A stretch of DNA of 64,000 nt, taken from NCBI GenBank assembly GCA_036172245.1, contig JAYWIR010000003.1:7130001-7194000 (forward strand). Reading direction: 5' to 3'. Position 1 is the stretch's first letter. Every line of letters starts with the position of its first letter. A model generated the notes under the pieces. The model saw only the letters and a list, made by a program, of their open reading frames with translations. It did not search any database and had not been told where the DNA came from. This stretch comes from Raillietiella orientalis. Lineage: Eukaryota. The position numbers and the translations under genes were made by a program. This document shows, piece after piece, positions 15,061 to 27,400 of the stretch.

Positions 15061-15245
15061 CAGATTGAAGGTCGCGGAGATCGGAGTTGGGAGAGAAAGT
15101 GCCGCCGAGGAGGAAGCGTCCTGTTGATGGAAGATGCATTTTGCAGGGCTCTCTGAATAAGTGATGAGTTGGTGATGCGGTGCTGGAAGGGTTCCGCGTG
15201 CGGATGTTATCCATACTAGATGGAAGATTGAGGAGCAGCATAATG
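15061..15245. repeat. Direct repeat, copy 1 (185 bp)
   Basis: Gap-free match to 16379-16563; 30 mismatches by hand count (about 84%); identical 43-bp core at 15153-15195. Confidence 0.9.
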
Positions 15246-16378
15246 GGAAGGGTTGGGAGGATATCATGGAGGGAATAATAGCTCCGAGCACTGTTGAGAT
15301 TAGGATGACAGGGAATGCCGATAAGGAAATAATGGACAGCAGAGGTCATCTTCGCCGACTTTGACGGGATGAATATTCATGATGCCTTTGTTGATTATTG
15401 GGAGTCATCAACAATCGACTAATATTGTCCCCAGTAATAGGGTTGCGGTTTAATCTGATGAAAGGGTGAAGAAGAAGGAACAGATGATGAAAAAGGGGAG
15501 GTCTGCTGCCAGCAGAAGGAAGCAGTCCATCGAAAGTGAATGGACCAGACGGTAGACGGAGAGAGGGGCGATCGAGGGGAAAGGGAGGCGAAGACACGCC
15601 GAGATCCACTGTATTTCCGTCCCCGGTCGAAGCGCCGATCCTTCGTTTCCGCGGCTTCGAGTTCTCGACCGAAAAGCGATGGGGGGAAGGGGAGAGAGCA
15701 GCCATTCCTCAGCAGATTCCAGGCTTCGGGAAAAAGGTCGAAAGGAAATTCATCAAGGAAAGCGCTCTTATCGAGTCCCTCGCCTCTCGCCCTGGCAGTC
15801 TGTGGCGCGGCTGGCCGGCGATGTCCTGCCACACGTCGCGAGAGGGAGAACGATCTCTCTTCGGAGGCACCGCGGCGACACCTGCGCCGCAGAAGCACCC
15901 AGAACTCTGCGCGGCAAAGATCGATCGCAGAACGATTCCGGACTTGGGAAGCATCTGGAAGCAGATGAAGCAGCCAGGATGTCACCGAGGGATGTCGTTC
16001 GCAGTTTACCTCGAGCATCCTTTCAGTGGAGGCTGCGGATTCTGCTCCTGGTCCATCCTCAACTTGGCGCTTCGGAGAGACCCGAGAGCTCCCGCAGCCA
16101 GGAACTTGGAGAAGGCAGAAAGTCGCGGACTTCCAGGAGAATCCGCCCACGCTCGTGAGGATCATTTTACAGAGGATGAGCTGACTTCCCAAAGTCTGTT
16201 GCATTCCGGAGTCCCACTGGCAGTTCAGCAACGAAGTTCTTCCTCGAAGAACCTCGCTGTTCGTTCCTCCCGGTGAAGACTCGCTGCTCCCGGAGAGGTG
16301 GCAGCTTTCAGAGAAGCAGACGAAGGCAGAGGAAGATTCTGGAGGGCCCGGATCATAGCTTTCAGGTGGCTTGCGGTG

Positions 16379-16563
16379 CAGATCAAGGGCGTCAGGAATC
16401 GGAGCTGGGAGAGAAAGAGCTGCCGAAGAGGAAGCGTTCTGTTGGTGGAAGATGCATCTTGCAGAGCTTCCTGAATAAGTGATGAGTTGGTGATGCGGTG
16501 CTGGAAGGGTTCCATGTGCGGATGTTATCCATGTTAGATAAGACATTGACGAGCAGGATAACG
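16379..16563. repeat. Direct repeat, copy 2 (185 bp)
   Basis: Constant 1318-bp offset from copy 1. Confidence 0.9.
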
Positions 16564-17873
16564 TTCCAGCTGCCCTTCTCATGTTCTCGTCTTCTCTATC
16601 CACGCTTCCCCTTTTCTTCCTTATCCTTCCCTCCCGACTGAGAGGAGTGTTGGCACTCCCGACATGGCGAGAGGTCCCCAAAGTGGGGAGAGCAGCGTGC
16701 GAGGAGGGTGCTCTGCAGATCGGCACTCGTGGGCGGCAGCCGAATCCTCGAAACCAGCGAGCACTGCGGTTCTTAGAAAAAGAACTTCGTAGGAGAACGA
16801 AACGGATGAGTCAGTCCGACGTACCAGCCGAGATCCCCGGCAATTTTCTGACGTACGGTCGCATCAACCGTTGTTGCACACGGGTTTGGACTCCCGTTCT
16901 GTTTTCTCGGGGTTTTGACGGATCCGAAGGAACGGTGGAGCTTCCTACAAATCCAGGTGAAGATTCCAGGAAACGCCCTGAGCACTTTGACCGCGCCGAT
17001 GGGAACTTCCCGCACCGCTACCATCCGAATTGTTCACGCCTGCACCTTCGGCTGATGAGGGCGTGCGATGTCCATTTGGAGGGGACCGTATCCAGGCACG
17101 TTGCCAAGTTCACTCCATGGGAACCGACGATCGATGTCCCTCCTCACCGTGAAATTTCGAAACTGCTAAGAGGCTTTCAGCATGAACAAAGCGTTCCCGT
17201 TGGAGAAAAGGACGTGGTCGGAAACATGGAAACCCGGCAGTCGGAGATGAAGCGAGTAGGCAGAAGAGAAGCTCGCCCTGTCCACTGGGAGACACCCGAA
17301 CGGACCAAGAGGGTCGTCCCGATCGGATCCCTGAGCGCCCACATGCGTAAGGAATCTTTGGTGCTTACCTAGCAACGAACATCAGGATCCCTCGGAGCAG
17401 CATAGCATCGAGACAGATCGAACGTCCCGTGGACACCACCACGCCTGCGATGGACCTCCTTGGACCCGCACGCCGGTGCAGGATCGTCGGAGGGTGGTGC
17501 CCCCATGCACCGACGTTCCAGAGACGGAATCGCGGACGAACCGACCATGTCGCTGGCGCCTCACGGTCGCGAGGGAATGTGTCCCTCCCACCTATTGTCC
17601 AGTGACCGCGCTGGCCGGGGGGGCGGACTCATGCACCAGCCGATTCCTCGAGCCGGCGCGGCATGAGAGTGGTCCTGCCCCCTCCTCGTCGCACCTACAA
17701 GGAAGAAGAGGAGGAGGTAGGGCCGCCGTCCGGCTTAGGAAGGCACTCAAGCTTCTGGAAGGACCTCGACGAGAGCAGCTCGCGCCATCGTCCGGAACGA
17801 AGACTCTGATCAGCGACAGTGATCGATGCGGCAGGACAGGTGTCTCCTGTGAGGTCGCCCTGGCAGTGAAGGT

Positions 17874-17919
17874 GGATCCAGCTGGATCCTCAGGAGCCAC
17901 CTCCTGAGGATCCAGCTGG
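17874..17919. repeat. Perfect 19-bp inverted repeat (hairpin) overlapping a 16-bp palindrome
   Basis: ccagctggatcctcaggag-ccac-ctcctgaggatccagctgg (17878-17919); ggatccagctggatcc (17874-17889). Confidence 0.9.
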
Positions 17920-19544
17920 GGCTCCCCGCATGCCTTTTATCCTTCCTTCCGCTGTCCTGCATCCCATCTTTTTCAGGAACGCCCAAAGCAGTCCTCCCTG
18001 CTGCCGAAGCCGGCGTTCTTCGTGGCGGTCGCGCCCATCTTGTGGCGGCGGCAGCAACTCGAGGAGGAGGGGGTAGCCATGCTGGAGGGACGAGGAGGAG
18101 TCTTTCCTTCGCCCTTTCCCTTATTTCCACTTCCCGACGCTTCCAAGTGGTAACGAGGTGGTTGCGTCAGCCCGTCTTAGGCCGAGGTAGGGCACCACGA
18201 AGCCGCCACCCACGCTGCACTGATGTTGCCGAGAGGCGAAGAAGCAAACTGCCACTGCTGACGGTCCATGACTCCGCGCCTCCTCCCGCGGAGAAAGCTG
18301 CAGAGGTGCTCCCTGAGTAGCGTCCCTCTCCCCAGGCAGGGAGCTTCCAGGGAGCACGACGGTTCAGCTTCCATCTGGTCCCCAATCACCCGACAAAGCC
18401 CTGGGGTCCTGATTCGTCTCCAGGGAGATTTGCATTGGGATATGAGGACCTCGTCGACTCGGTGTAGAAGCATCGGGGCTTATCGAAAGGACCGTTCCCG
18501 GGAACTCGGCCGTTTCCCGAACAATGGGCGGCCTCCGGCTCCATTAAGTGGGGGGAAAGTAGGGGCTGCGGGAGGGAGAAAAAGGCGGACCGTATAGTGC
18601 CGGGATGGATCCTGCCCGCCCTCCTGCCCTGCTCCCCTGACCCGGAGTGTTCCCGAGCTCCCGGAGAACCCACTTGATGGCCGCCCGCCACCTAGAGAAC
18701 TAAACGGCTGCGCACACGCAGGCGTGGTTTAGTTTTCAACTAGCAATAATCGCGGCTCAGTCGCCTTCCTCGCCTACGATACTGCCCGTGCGCAAGGCGT
18801 GGTGGGCACGACGCATCGGCGTCTCTTCTCTCCTTCCCTCACCGGCGCTCCTCCTCCGCACGAAAAGGGAAGAGCGCGAACCCCTTCCCCCTCCAGGTCG
18901 AGAAGAGGGTCCACCCCAGAATGTTGCGTCTCCGACCCAGCTGCTTCCTCCGCAGGTCCAGAAGCTTGCGGGTTGTCACCTTCCTTGGCGACGCGGCAAC
19001 TGGCCGTTCTCGTTGTCCGCGTGCACGCAGCCTTCGTCACTGCTCCTTAGGAACCTCACGGGCCCCATGAGGAGTGGACGGGAGACCTGCCGAGGAGCGC
19101 GTGGACCACCTGCCCTACTAGCTCCGAAGAGGGATGGGAGCGGGCAGGGAGGGTGGTCCTCGCTCGAGGATGAGGGATGAGAGCGGGATTCGAGAAGGGA
19201 TGGGAGATCCCGCGGTCACCGTGACAGCGCGCCTCGGACTCCCGGCACTCCTCGCGCCCTGCGGACCTCGGGGCCACTTGCGCGGGCAACGCGCCTCCTC
19301 CAGACGAGCTCGACCATGTGATCGAGGGTCCTGGAAAGCGGTGGCACCATAAGAAGGGATGCAGGGGGGGAGGGAAGGGACATTTGGGTGGACGAGTGTC
19401 GACCCCGCAGGTGTGGTCTCGAATGACAGAAAGGGGGGAGAAAGATGGCTTCCGGGAAAAGCCGGGGGTGCTGCCTTCCTCCTCCCGGCTGGATTCCCTT
19501 CTCCCTACGCATTTCACGCGACCTCCCGCGGATGAGAAAGGGAG

Positions 19545-19720
19545 AGAACGCGCCGGCGGCGCGAGCGCGCCCGGCGCGCACGCGCGGAGCGCGCGCTCCG
19601 GGGACTCCTCGCCAGTCGTATCGCGGGAGGCGGACGTTGCAGAAGGCGCGATACGCGGCTGCGGCGCCCTGCGGCACGAGGGAAGCGGCGGCTACCACAG
19701 GATCGCGGGAGACCCTCCGA
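19545..19720. promoter_or_regulatory. Extreme CpG/GC cluster, candidate DDR promoter or 5' non-coding exon region
   Basis: ggcgcgagcgcgcccggcgcgcacgcgcggagcgcgcgctcc about 1.7 kb upstream of the ATG. A possible acceptor (ccgcag, 21301-21306) just before the ATG hints at a spliced 5' UTR. Confidence 0.3.
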
Positions 19721-21345
19721 TCGGATCCCTCCCAGAAGAAGGCGGCGCGTGTGAGAGGTGGCGCCGGCGGCTACATTCTCTCCCTCGTCCTCCCGACCCC
19801 CGGGCTCGTCCCGCTCTCTCCCGAGGGTTTCGAACTCATCTCCCAGAGGCGGAAGAAGCCCTTCGGCCCTGCGCCCGTGAGCTCCCGGTAGGTCTCGAAC
19901 CTTCTCGCCTCTCCTTTTGCGTCCCCCACGCATGGCCCTCCTCTCTCTTCTCCGGGGAAATGGGAGGAGAGGGAGGGGAGAGTGCGCGCTTCCCGTCAGG
20001 AAGCGAGAGCGGGCCCCACGCGGAGCAAGAAACCGCCTTCCCTGGATGCCCAGACTCTCGCTTCCTGGTAAAGGCGCAGGGAAGGGGAGGCATGGACTCC
20101 CCTTCCCTCCGTTCCCGAGCGGTGAAAGGCTGCAAACAGCCCGTCCAGGTGCCAGCACTTCGGTGGCACTCTCGCGACCTCACCACGCGCCGGTCTCCGT
20201 CACCGGGCAAGGCGCTCGCGGCTCGCGTTCCCAAGGAGGAAGGATCAGAGCGATCAGGGTGGATTCCCCGGGGAGGGGCCCGTCCCAGGATGCTTTCTGA
20301 GCGCTAGAGGGTCGCTCGAGGTGCCTTCGAGAAACCCAAGTGGGGCCGGTCGGGAGCACCCATGAGGTCGCCCGCTCTGAGGGCCCGTGGGGGTGAGGAA
20401 GCTGAGGAAGGTCTTCGGCGAAGCCTCCCCCGCGCAGCCGACCGAAGATGCCGAGGGTCACGAAAGATCTTCGCTCGACCTGGACCAGAGATCCTCTCCT
20501 ACCCGGTGGAGGGGACGCTGGGTCGCTCTTTCCCTGAGACGCTCGCGTTGCTCTTGAGGGGCAGGTGCCCCGAATGGGAAACTTCCTGCTCCTACCCGAG
20601 ATCAGAAGGGACGCAGATTCCCCTCCCTCCATGCCCCTCGTGCGCGTTCTTGGTGGCCTTCTGGTAGAAGTTTTCGGTTGCCAGGGAGATCCGCTGCGTT
20701 TGCTCTTTTTCCCCCCGCCGATCCCGCTGGACCGCTGTCCGCTCGCACCCCTATGGAGGGCCAAGGAAAGGATCACCGGATCACGGAGGGAAGCACCATC
20801 TCCCCTTCCCCTCCTCTGGCAAGCACTTTCCCTCGCCTCCACTCCTCCGGTTTTTCGGGCAACTGCAGAATCGCTCCTTCCGAGGCCACTGCTGTCGCCG
20901 GTCCGCACCCCTTCCACCTTCTCCTCCCCTTCCGTTTGCGAGGTTCTTGCCCTCCCAGACCAAAGCAGGGGCAATATCCAGGTTGCCCCCTTGCAGAGAA
21001 GATGGAGAGATGGGGGCATTCTCTTCCTCTCCACTTTCCTTGCCCCCTGCCCAGGGCAGGGAGGGTTCCTTCAGCCGGAGGCGGACGTCCGCACAGCTCC
21101 GCCGGAGACTCTCCCTCTTCCCCCACTTTCCTTCCTTCGTCTCCCGCAGCCGCCGCGGGTCGGGGAAACCGACCGTCAATCATGCTGCGTATCTTTCCAG
21201 GTGCCCATCGCCCACGCAGACCCTTGTGGACCTCGCGGCAGTGCGCGCGAGCCGCCTGTGATGAGGCCGCGCTGCCAGGCTGACTGGTAGGCGGCGTCCG
21301 CCGCAGGAGTTACCTGCCGATTGGAGTGGAGACGTCGCCGTTGCC

Positions 21346-21445
21346 ATGACAAGGCGGGTCCTGGCCCTTCTGCTGCTGCTCTCCCTTCTGGCGCTGCTGC
21401 TGCCGCCGCCTCGGGCCCCCGGCACTTCGCATGCGCTGCTTCTCG
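21346..21445 (+). CDS. Ddr: DDR exon 1 (signal peptide)
   Basis: gccATG start; MTRRVLALLLLLSLLALLLPPPRAPGTSHALLL; donor G|gtgagt, phase 1. Confidence 0.8.
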
Positions 21446-24400
21446 GTGAGTCTTCTCCCTCCCGCGCTTGCCTCCTCGGGGACCGCTTGCGCAGACGGTG
21501 GGCCTCTTCTAGGTGAGATCCCTCCAGTTTCCTTTCCCTTCCTTCCCTCCTCTTCCCCCTTTTTCCCCCTTCTCCTACTCCTTTTCCTCGCCTCTCCCTA
21601 TGGCATCCTTGGGACTCTTACTTCGAGCTGAGGCGGCCCCGGGCTGTCGCAGTCGTCCCGGAAGGTCGACTGGCTCTCTTCGAGGTGCGGTGGACTCCTC
21701 TCGATGGTCCTCACTCCACCCCCACAGAGGAAGCCGCTCAGCCCTGACGTGCCCCACGACGCGGCGTTGGAGGAGCCACTTGCGAAAGCGGGTGACGCAC
21801 TCGAAGCCGCGTCATCCTCACTCTTCCCAGGTTCTGCTTGGGACCGGAAAACCGGAGCAAAGGTCGCGCGAGCGACCGTCACCGAGCAGCGCCGTCCGTC
21901 CGCTCGCTCCAGGGAGGCCACGTGGTTTCCACGGAGACAAGAAAGGAACCTCCCGTAAAGGGTCTACATGACCCGACGGCAATTGCTCAAGGCGGACAGA
22001 CCGAGTACAGGCAAAGGGTCATTCCCCTAGCAGTCGGGGGGGGGAGGGGTAGAGAGGGGAAAACGGCGTCTGTTTCTGTGGAAACCGCTTGCCAGGGGGG
22101 AGAAACTCCTCTGCTAGGCGATCCCCCCAGCGAGAGCGCAGCCTTCGGCACGTAGCATGTAGTAACCTAAGGAAACGGAAACGTCTCCTCTTCCTCCTCC
22201 TCCTTTTCTTGTACTCCTTGCGGATCATGGAGGCCGCCGAACCCAAGAACATGAAGGACGTCTGTGCACTTCTGATCCTCTTCTCGGGATGATCAGGAGC
22301 GGTGAGCAACTCTGACCCTGTCTGCCCATTCACTCCTGCGGTGATCGGTGAACCCGGCGCCCACCGAGCCTACCAGACCCTTCCAGGCACACCGTGCCCC
22401 CTGACCGCGGTGTCTGGGAGGGCTTCCAGGGGGACCGCGTCTCCGGAGTATGGGTGCATAGGCCCCAGCCGAGCTCAGTTCGCGTCTCGGCCTCTCCCTC
22501 AGAGGTCATGAGGCTGAGGTACTTCTGGCTCCTTACCCTCTCTCTCCCTTCGCCTCAAAGAGGAAGCGGAGGGAGAGATCCGTCTCCTAGCAGAGAAGAA
22601 TGGAGGGTGGGGAAAAAGATGCGAGAGAGGGGGGCGTAGAAGGAAATCCGGAGACTCGCCCCACCTTTCCCATTGTTCTCTTCACCTTCCCTCTTCCTCG
22701 CGGCTCCTGTGAGCGCTCCGGCGCATCCTCCCGAACTCCCAAGGGGTGTCTCGCCTTTGTCCTCTTCCTGCCGTCCCTCCGGAAACCCGGAGGATAGCTT
22801 TGTCGCCCCAGGAGATGAGCTGCGACAGCAAGGGACAACCCGTCCTCGTCAGTAGGAACTCTCAGTCTCCCTTCCGTTTGCAGGGACTTCCCAGGACCAA
22901 GGCAGTGGCGGTCTCTGGGTCTCTCCCTTGCAGAGAAGACGGTAGAATGGGAGGCATGACTTCACTTTCCCTGCTTCCTTCCCGGGTCAGGGAAGAGCCT
23001 CATCAGCCTCCACCCTATATCCCGCAGTATCTATGACTCTCCTGTTTCTCCCCCTTCCTATCCCTCATCGGGAGAACCACGGGATCAGTCAAGTAGCGCG
23101 GGCGGCATCGCACTGGCTCCCGGGAGGGGAGGATAAGGATAGCATATTTGACTGCTCCGAAGGGAGAGCAGGTTGAGACGTGCCGCAGCCCGAGGTGCTG
23201 CGTCTCTAGGAGACGGCCTTGGTCCGGTTCGAAGGAGCCGGGCCAAGACCAGCCGCGGCAAGCTCCGTGGACTAGAAACATCCACGCGGGAGAAGGGATG
23301 CTTTCTCTTCCTTGACCCACCCGCAAGCGGGCACCAAAGCAGCGCCTCTAGCGGGGCCCGCTTCCCGCCCGGGGTATGATGCCTGGCCGCTCATGAGGCA
23401 CTCATATCCTCCATGACCTGCTTACCCTTCTCTTGCAGAGCACTGCGACGAGCCACTGGGTATGGAAAGCGGCCGGATCACGGACGAAGACATCACCGCC
23501 AGCTCCTACTACGACTGGACCAGCGTAGGACCCCGGAACGGAAGGTAGAAGCCAGACAAGGGGGGTGGAGGAGGAAGAGAAGGGGGCAGGGAAGGGATGC
23601 TCCCTCCGGAAACCCTGGAAAGCCGCAACCTGGGATTTCCAGCTCCATAACGCGCTCCCCATGGAGAACGCCCGAGCTCAGAGAGCTCTCTCGCGGAAGG
23701 AACGGGAAGCTCCGAAATGGGCGAATCTGTCGGTCCTCTTTTGCAAATTGCCGGACGCTCCTGGCGGGCTTCCTGACACCGAGGGGGTCTTTCCTGGTAG
23801 AAACCTGGCTTTTGGAAGAGAGCTCATGACTCAGGGAGTCCTCGGGGGGCAGCTGCAAAGGAGACGCCGCCTTCCTTGGGGAAGAGAGTCCTTTCTCCGG
23901 CGGCGAGTGCACCCGCAGGACGCCACGAGGATGTCTGGGCACGTCCACGCGATCCTTCAGCAGAGCAGGGACGGCGGAAGTCGGGAGAAGACAAAAGGAA
24001 GAGGGGGAAAAAAATGGCGTCTTCTTCCTGCAGCGACGTCGAGAGACCCTGCGGGTGCCAGCGAGCCGATCTTGAGCGACTTTTTCCCGACCGGGATGCG
24101 CGAAGGATGACGCACTTCCGCCTGCCATTTCCTCCTTTCCCGAGGTTGAGGGTAGCCTCAGGGAGATCCTCTCCGGCGTCTCGCTGGCCGCGTGACTTTG
24201 GGATGCTCACCTTTCCCCGGATCGCGGGAAAACAACTACCCTCCTGGAGGCCTCTCAGTGGGGCGTTGGCTGCTCTTCCCTCCGCTGAGCCGGTTGCTCC
24301 CGGGTCCGCAGAGCCCCTTCACCCCCGACGAAGACTTCAGACCCAAACCCCCGTCCCATTGTCTCCGCCAACTTCTTCCTGCCACTGCGAGGTCACCCGC

Positions 24401-27400
24401 ATCGTCCTTACGTGCCCCTTGAGGATCCCGCGCCAAGGGCAGGCAGACACGTGTCAGGTCAGCAGCACAAGGTGATGGGTGACCCGGTATATGCTGAGGA
24501 CTTCCCCCATTCCTTCGCCGCCCCGCTCGGGGTGCAGCCCATGCGGCGCAGCGTCTTACCCCCGGAGCACTTCCGGTAGCGTCCCTCAGCCAGACTGCCC
24601 ATCCCGATTTTCCTGGGTGATCACTTTGCCGCAGACCCATGTCTAGGGGAACGACGCTGCCAGATAGAGTCTCCAGGCACATGCAGACTCGTTCCGGGAC
24701 GCTTCCGGAAGGAAGTGGTAGAGGATCGTCGCGCCTCCCTCGATTTCCCCTTTGTCCCAATTTTTGCAGGAGCGAGGGGGAAACGCTCGGTGCTTGCGGA
24801 GTGAGGGGGTGACCGACGAGGGATGGAGATCTCGTGGTTTGGTCCAGGACGAAATAACCCTCAACCTTTTATGGCCGCGGAGGTACGAGAGGAGGCTGCT
24901 GTTAAGTGGGTGTCGCAGTCGAATTACGGGCATTGGGGCTCGGACGAATTGCTGAACTTCTCGCCTTGGACCTGCCTCCCATCCGGGGCCCCGTAGGTCG
25001 ATGAAGGACTCCGCTATCTTCACGTGAGGCACGTGCGAGCTGGCGCGGATCGTGGGTTCCCCCTCGAGGGGACCACCTGTCACGCTCGCTTTCCCGAGTC
25101 GCTCCGCCGTCGCTTCAAAAAGGCGTCGCAGCGAGATCGCGTGACCGATCTGGACGGGGCGCATTTCCTCGGCCGGGCTGCGGCACCTCCTTGCGCGGAA
25201 ACGCCACCAAACGAGCGCGTGGACGTCCCTGGAAGACGCCAACGCAAATGTAGCCCCATTCCCCACGCCTCCCTCGCTGATGCGGCGTTTCTCCCGCGTA
25301 AGAAATGGCGCGCGTCTCAGAAGTCCGGCGTGGCTACCGAACGAGCGCAAGTGGCTCTCGTGTCCCGCCCGTCTTCTGCGACAGAACTGGGGGCAAGAGG
25401 GGGGTCTGCTATGAGGATGAGCTGCCCTATGGCGAGTCGAACAGACCCTTCTCCGACCCACCGCCACACTGGCATTCCTTGCCACGTGGGTGTCCTCCGG
25501 CCGGACTGTCTTCTTCCAGTCTGGTGCTCGTGCGCATCCCTGCAGCCGGCAGTGGCGAAGAACAGGGCACCCCTTTGGCGCATCCAAAAGTGAACAGGCC
25601 GGAAATGTCTCTGGGAACACCAGGGTCATGGAGCACCGGTAACAAGGAAGCCTAGGAGGCTGACGGCAGTATGATGGCACAAAGACCGTTCTGATGGCAC
25701 GCATGACGGCGATCCTGAAAAGGGTGATGGATAAGGAAAGTGATGCCGAACGATGGTGGAGATGGTGACAGGAAGACAAGGAGATGACGAAGACGGTGAC
25801 AGTGTCTTTGCTCCACTAGTAGGGGTGAAGGATTTCGTCGAGAGTTCCTTTGGGGGCAAAGTTCCCTCTGGAGCAAAAGCACTCAAATGCGATTATCCCG
25901 GACCAAACGCCGGGAATGCCCCAGAAAGAATGGTCACCGGCCGCCTCCGGCTTCAAGTGCGTCTCTCCCTCTTTAGTGGCGTGGAGGAGGGCGACACCAA
26001 GCGACAGGCCTGTCCCTCCTCTCCTTTCGGCCAGAGTCCGGTCCGTCATCATCTCGTAACCTTTTGCTGTGCTCTGCCCGCCCCCACCAGGGGGATCTTC
26101 TGCTCGCTTCTCGCATCACCCCGCTTTGAGAGGTTTCCCAGGGAAGAGGGCACGCATCGCCTTCGCCCTGCGCTCGGAGGACAAAGGCTTTTTTTTAGCC
26201 CTGAACGCCGCCGATCTCGATCGCGCTTCCTGCGGGCTCTTTGGAGCCGGGACTTCCTTCCTCTTCTTTTTCTTCTTTTCGCAGGCTAAACTCGGAGAAG
26301 TTCGGAGGCGCTTGGTGCCCGAAGGAGCGCATCTCCGAGGTCGCCTACGAGTACCTGCAGGTGGACCTCCACGGTCTGTTCGTCGTCACCGCCGTTTCCA
26401 CGCAAGGTCGATATGGAAACGGGATGGGACTGGAATACATGGAGCAATACAGCATCGAGTACAGGCGCTCTTCCCAGGAAGCCTGGAAGACTTACAGGAA
26501 CGCCGCGGGCATCAAGGTGAGAGAGACCTGCGTGTAGCGGACTCGCGCGCCCCCGGCATGCAGTTTGCTCTTTCTTCGCACGTCTGCAGCGCAAGGAACT
26601 CCCGCAACCGGCTGCTCCGGCGCCTCCTCGTTGCCCACTTCAGGGGGGGGAAGGTTCCGAGACCCCTACTGGGCGGCAGCGAAGCTCCGAAACCTCGGCT
26701 CATCAGCATCCTATGCGACCTTTCCTCTGGTTCTTCGACGCGCGCTCTGCGGAGAGACAGCCGGCATCTCCCTCTCTTCGTCTCTCTCACTCCCTCTGGT
26801 GCGAAAGTCACGTCCCACCTTTCCTCTCCTACCTCTCTCTCCCTCTCTCTTCGTCAGCAGTCCAGGCGCTGATCTGGTTTCTGCTGGCAGCGACTTTTTC
26901 GGAGATCGCGCGCAGAATCTCTCCTCCCAAAAGGACCCTTGGCGAGGGTTTCAAGAAGGATGAAGAGAAGGCGCCTACCTTCTAAAGAAGTCCCAATGGG
27001 CAGAGTCAGAGGCATCCAAACGACCAGGTGCTCAAGGCTTGCAATTCCTCCAGGAATCCAGAGGTCGCCTTATACTCCGCGAAATGTGCGCACTACTCGA
27101 CAGGAGAAGGAGCAACCAGTGCGGACCTTCAGAGTTCCTCTCTTTCGATGATTTTGCTATTCGGTTGGGAGTGAGGAGAAACAAAACGAGAAAGTGTTTG
27201 CAGAGAAAGGGGGGAAAGGAACGCCCTTCAGCTCCTGGAGAAGAGCGGTTTCTTTCATCTCCTGCTGGCCAGCTTGGGCGGCTTCCTTCCAGGGTCTGCC
27301 TTCGGTTTTCTCTTTCTTTGCCGGGATCTCGACAAAAGCGGGGGCCTCCTTCTTAAACTCACACCCTAGAATGGGACGCGGATCTGGGAGGAGTCCTGGC

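Noticed and set aside
15153..15195. CTGA and GTGATGA as snoRNA D and C boxes
   Set aside because: The order is wrong (D before C) and there is no downstream D box or terminal stem.
15419..16726. 435-aa minus-strand ORF
   Set aside because: Low-information composition and no recognisable domain; only its repeat portion is notable.
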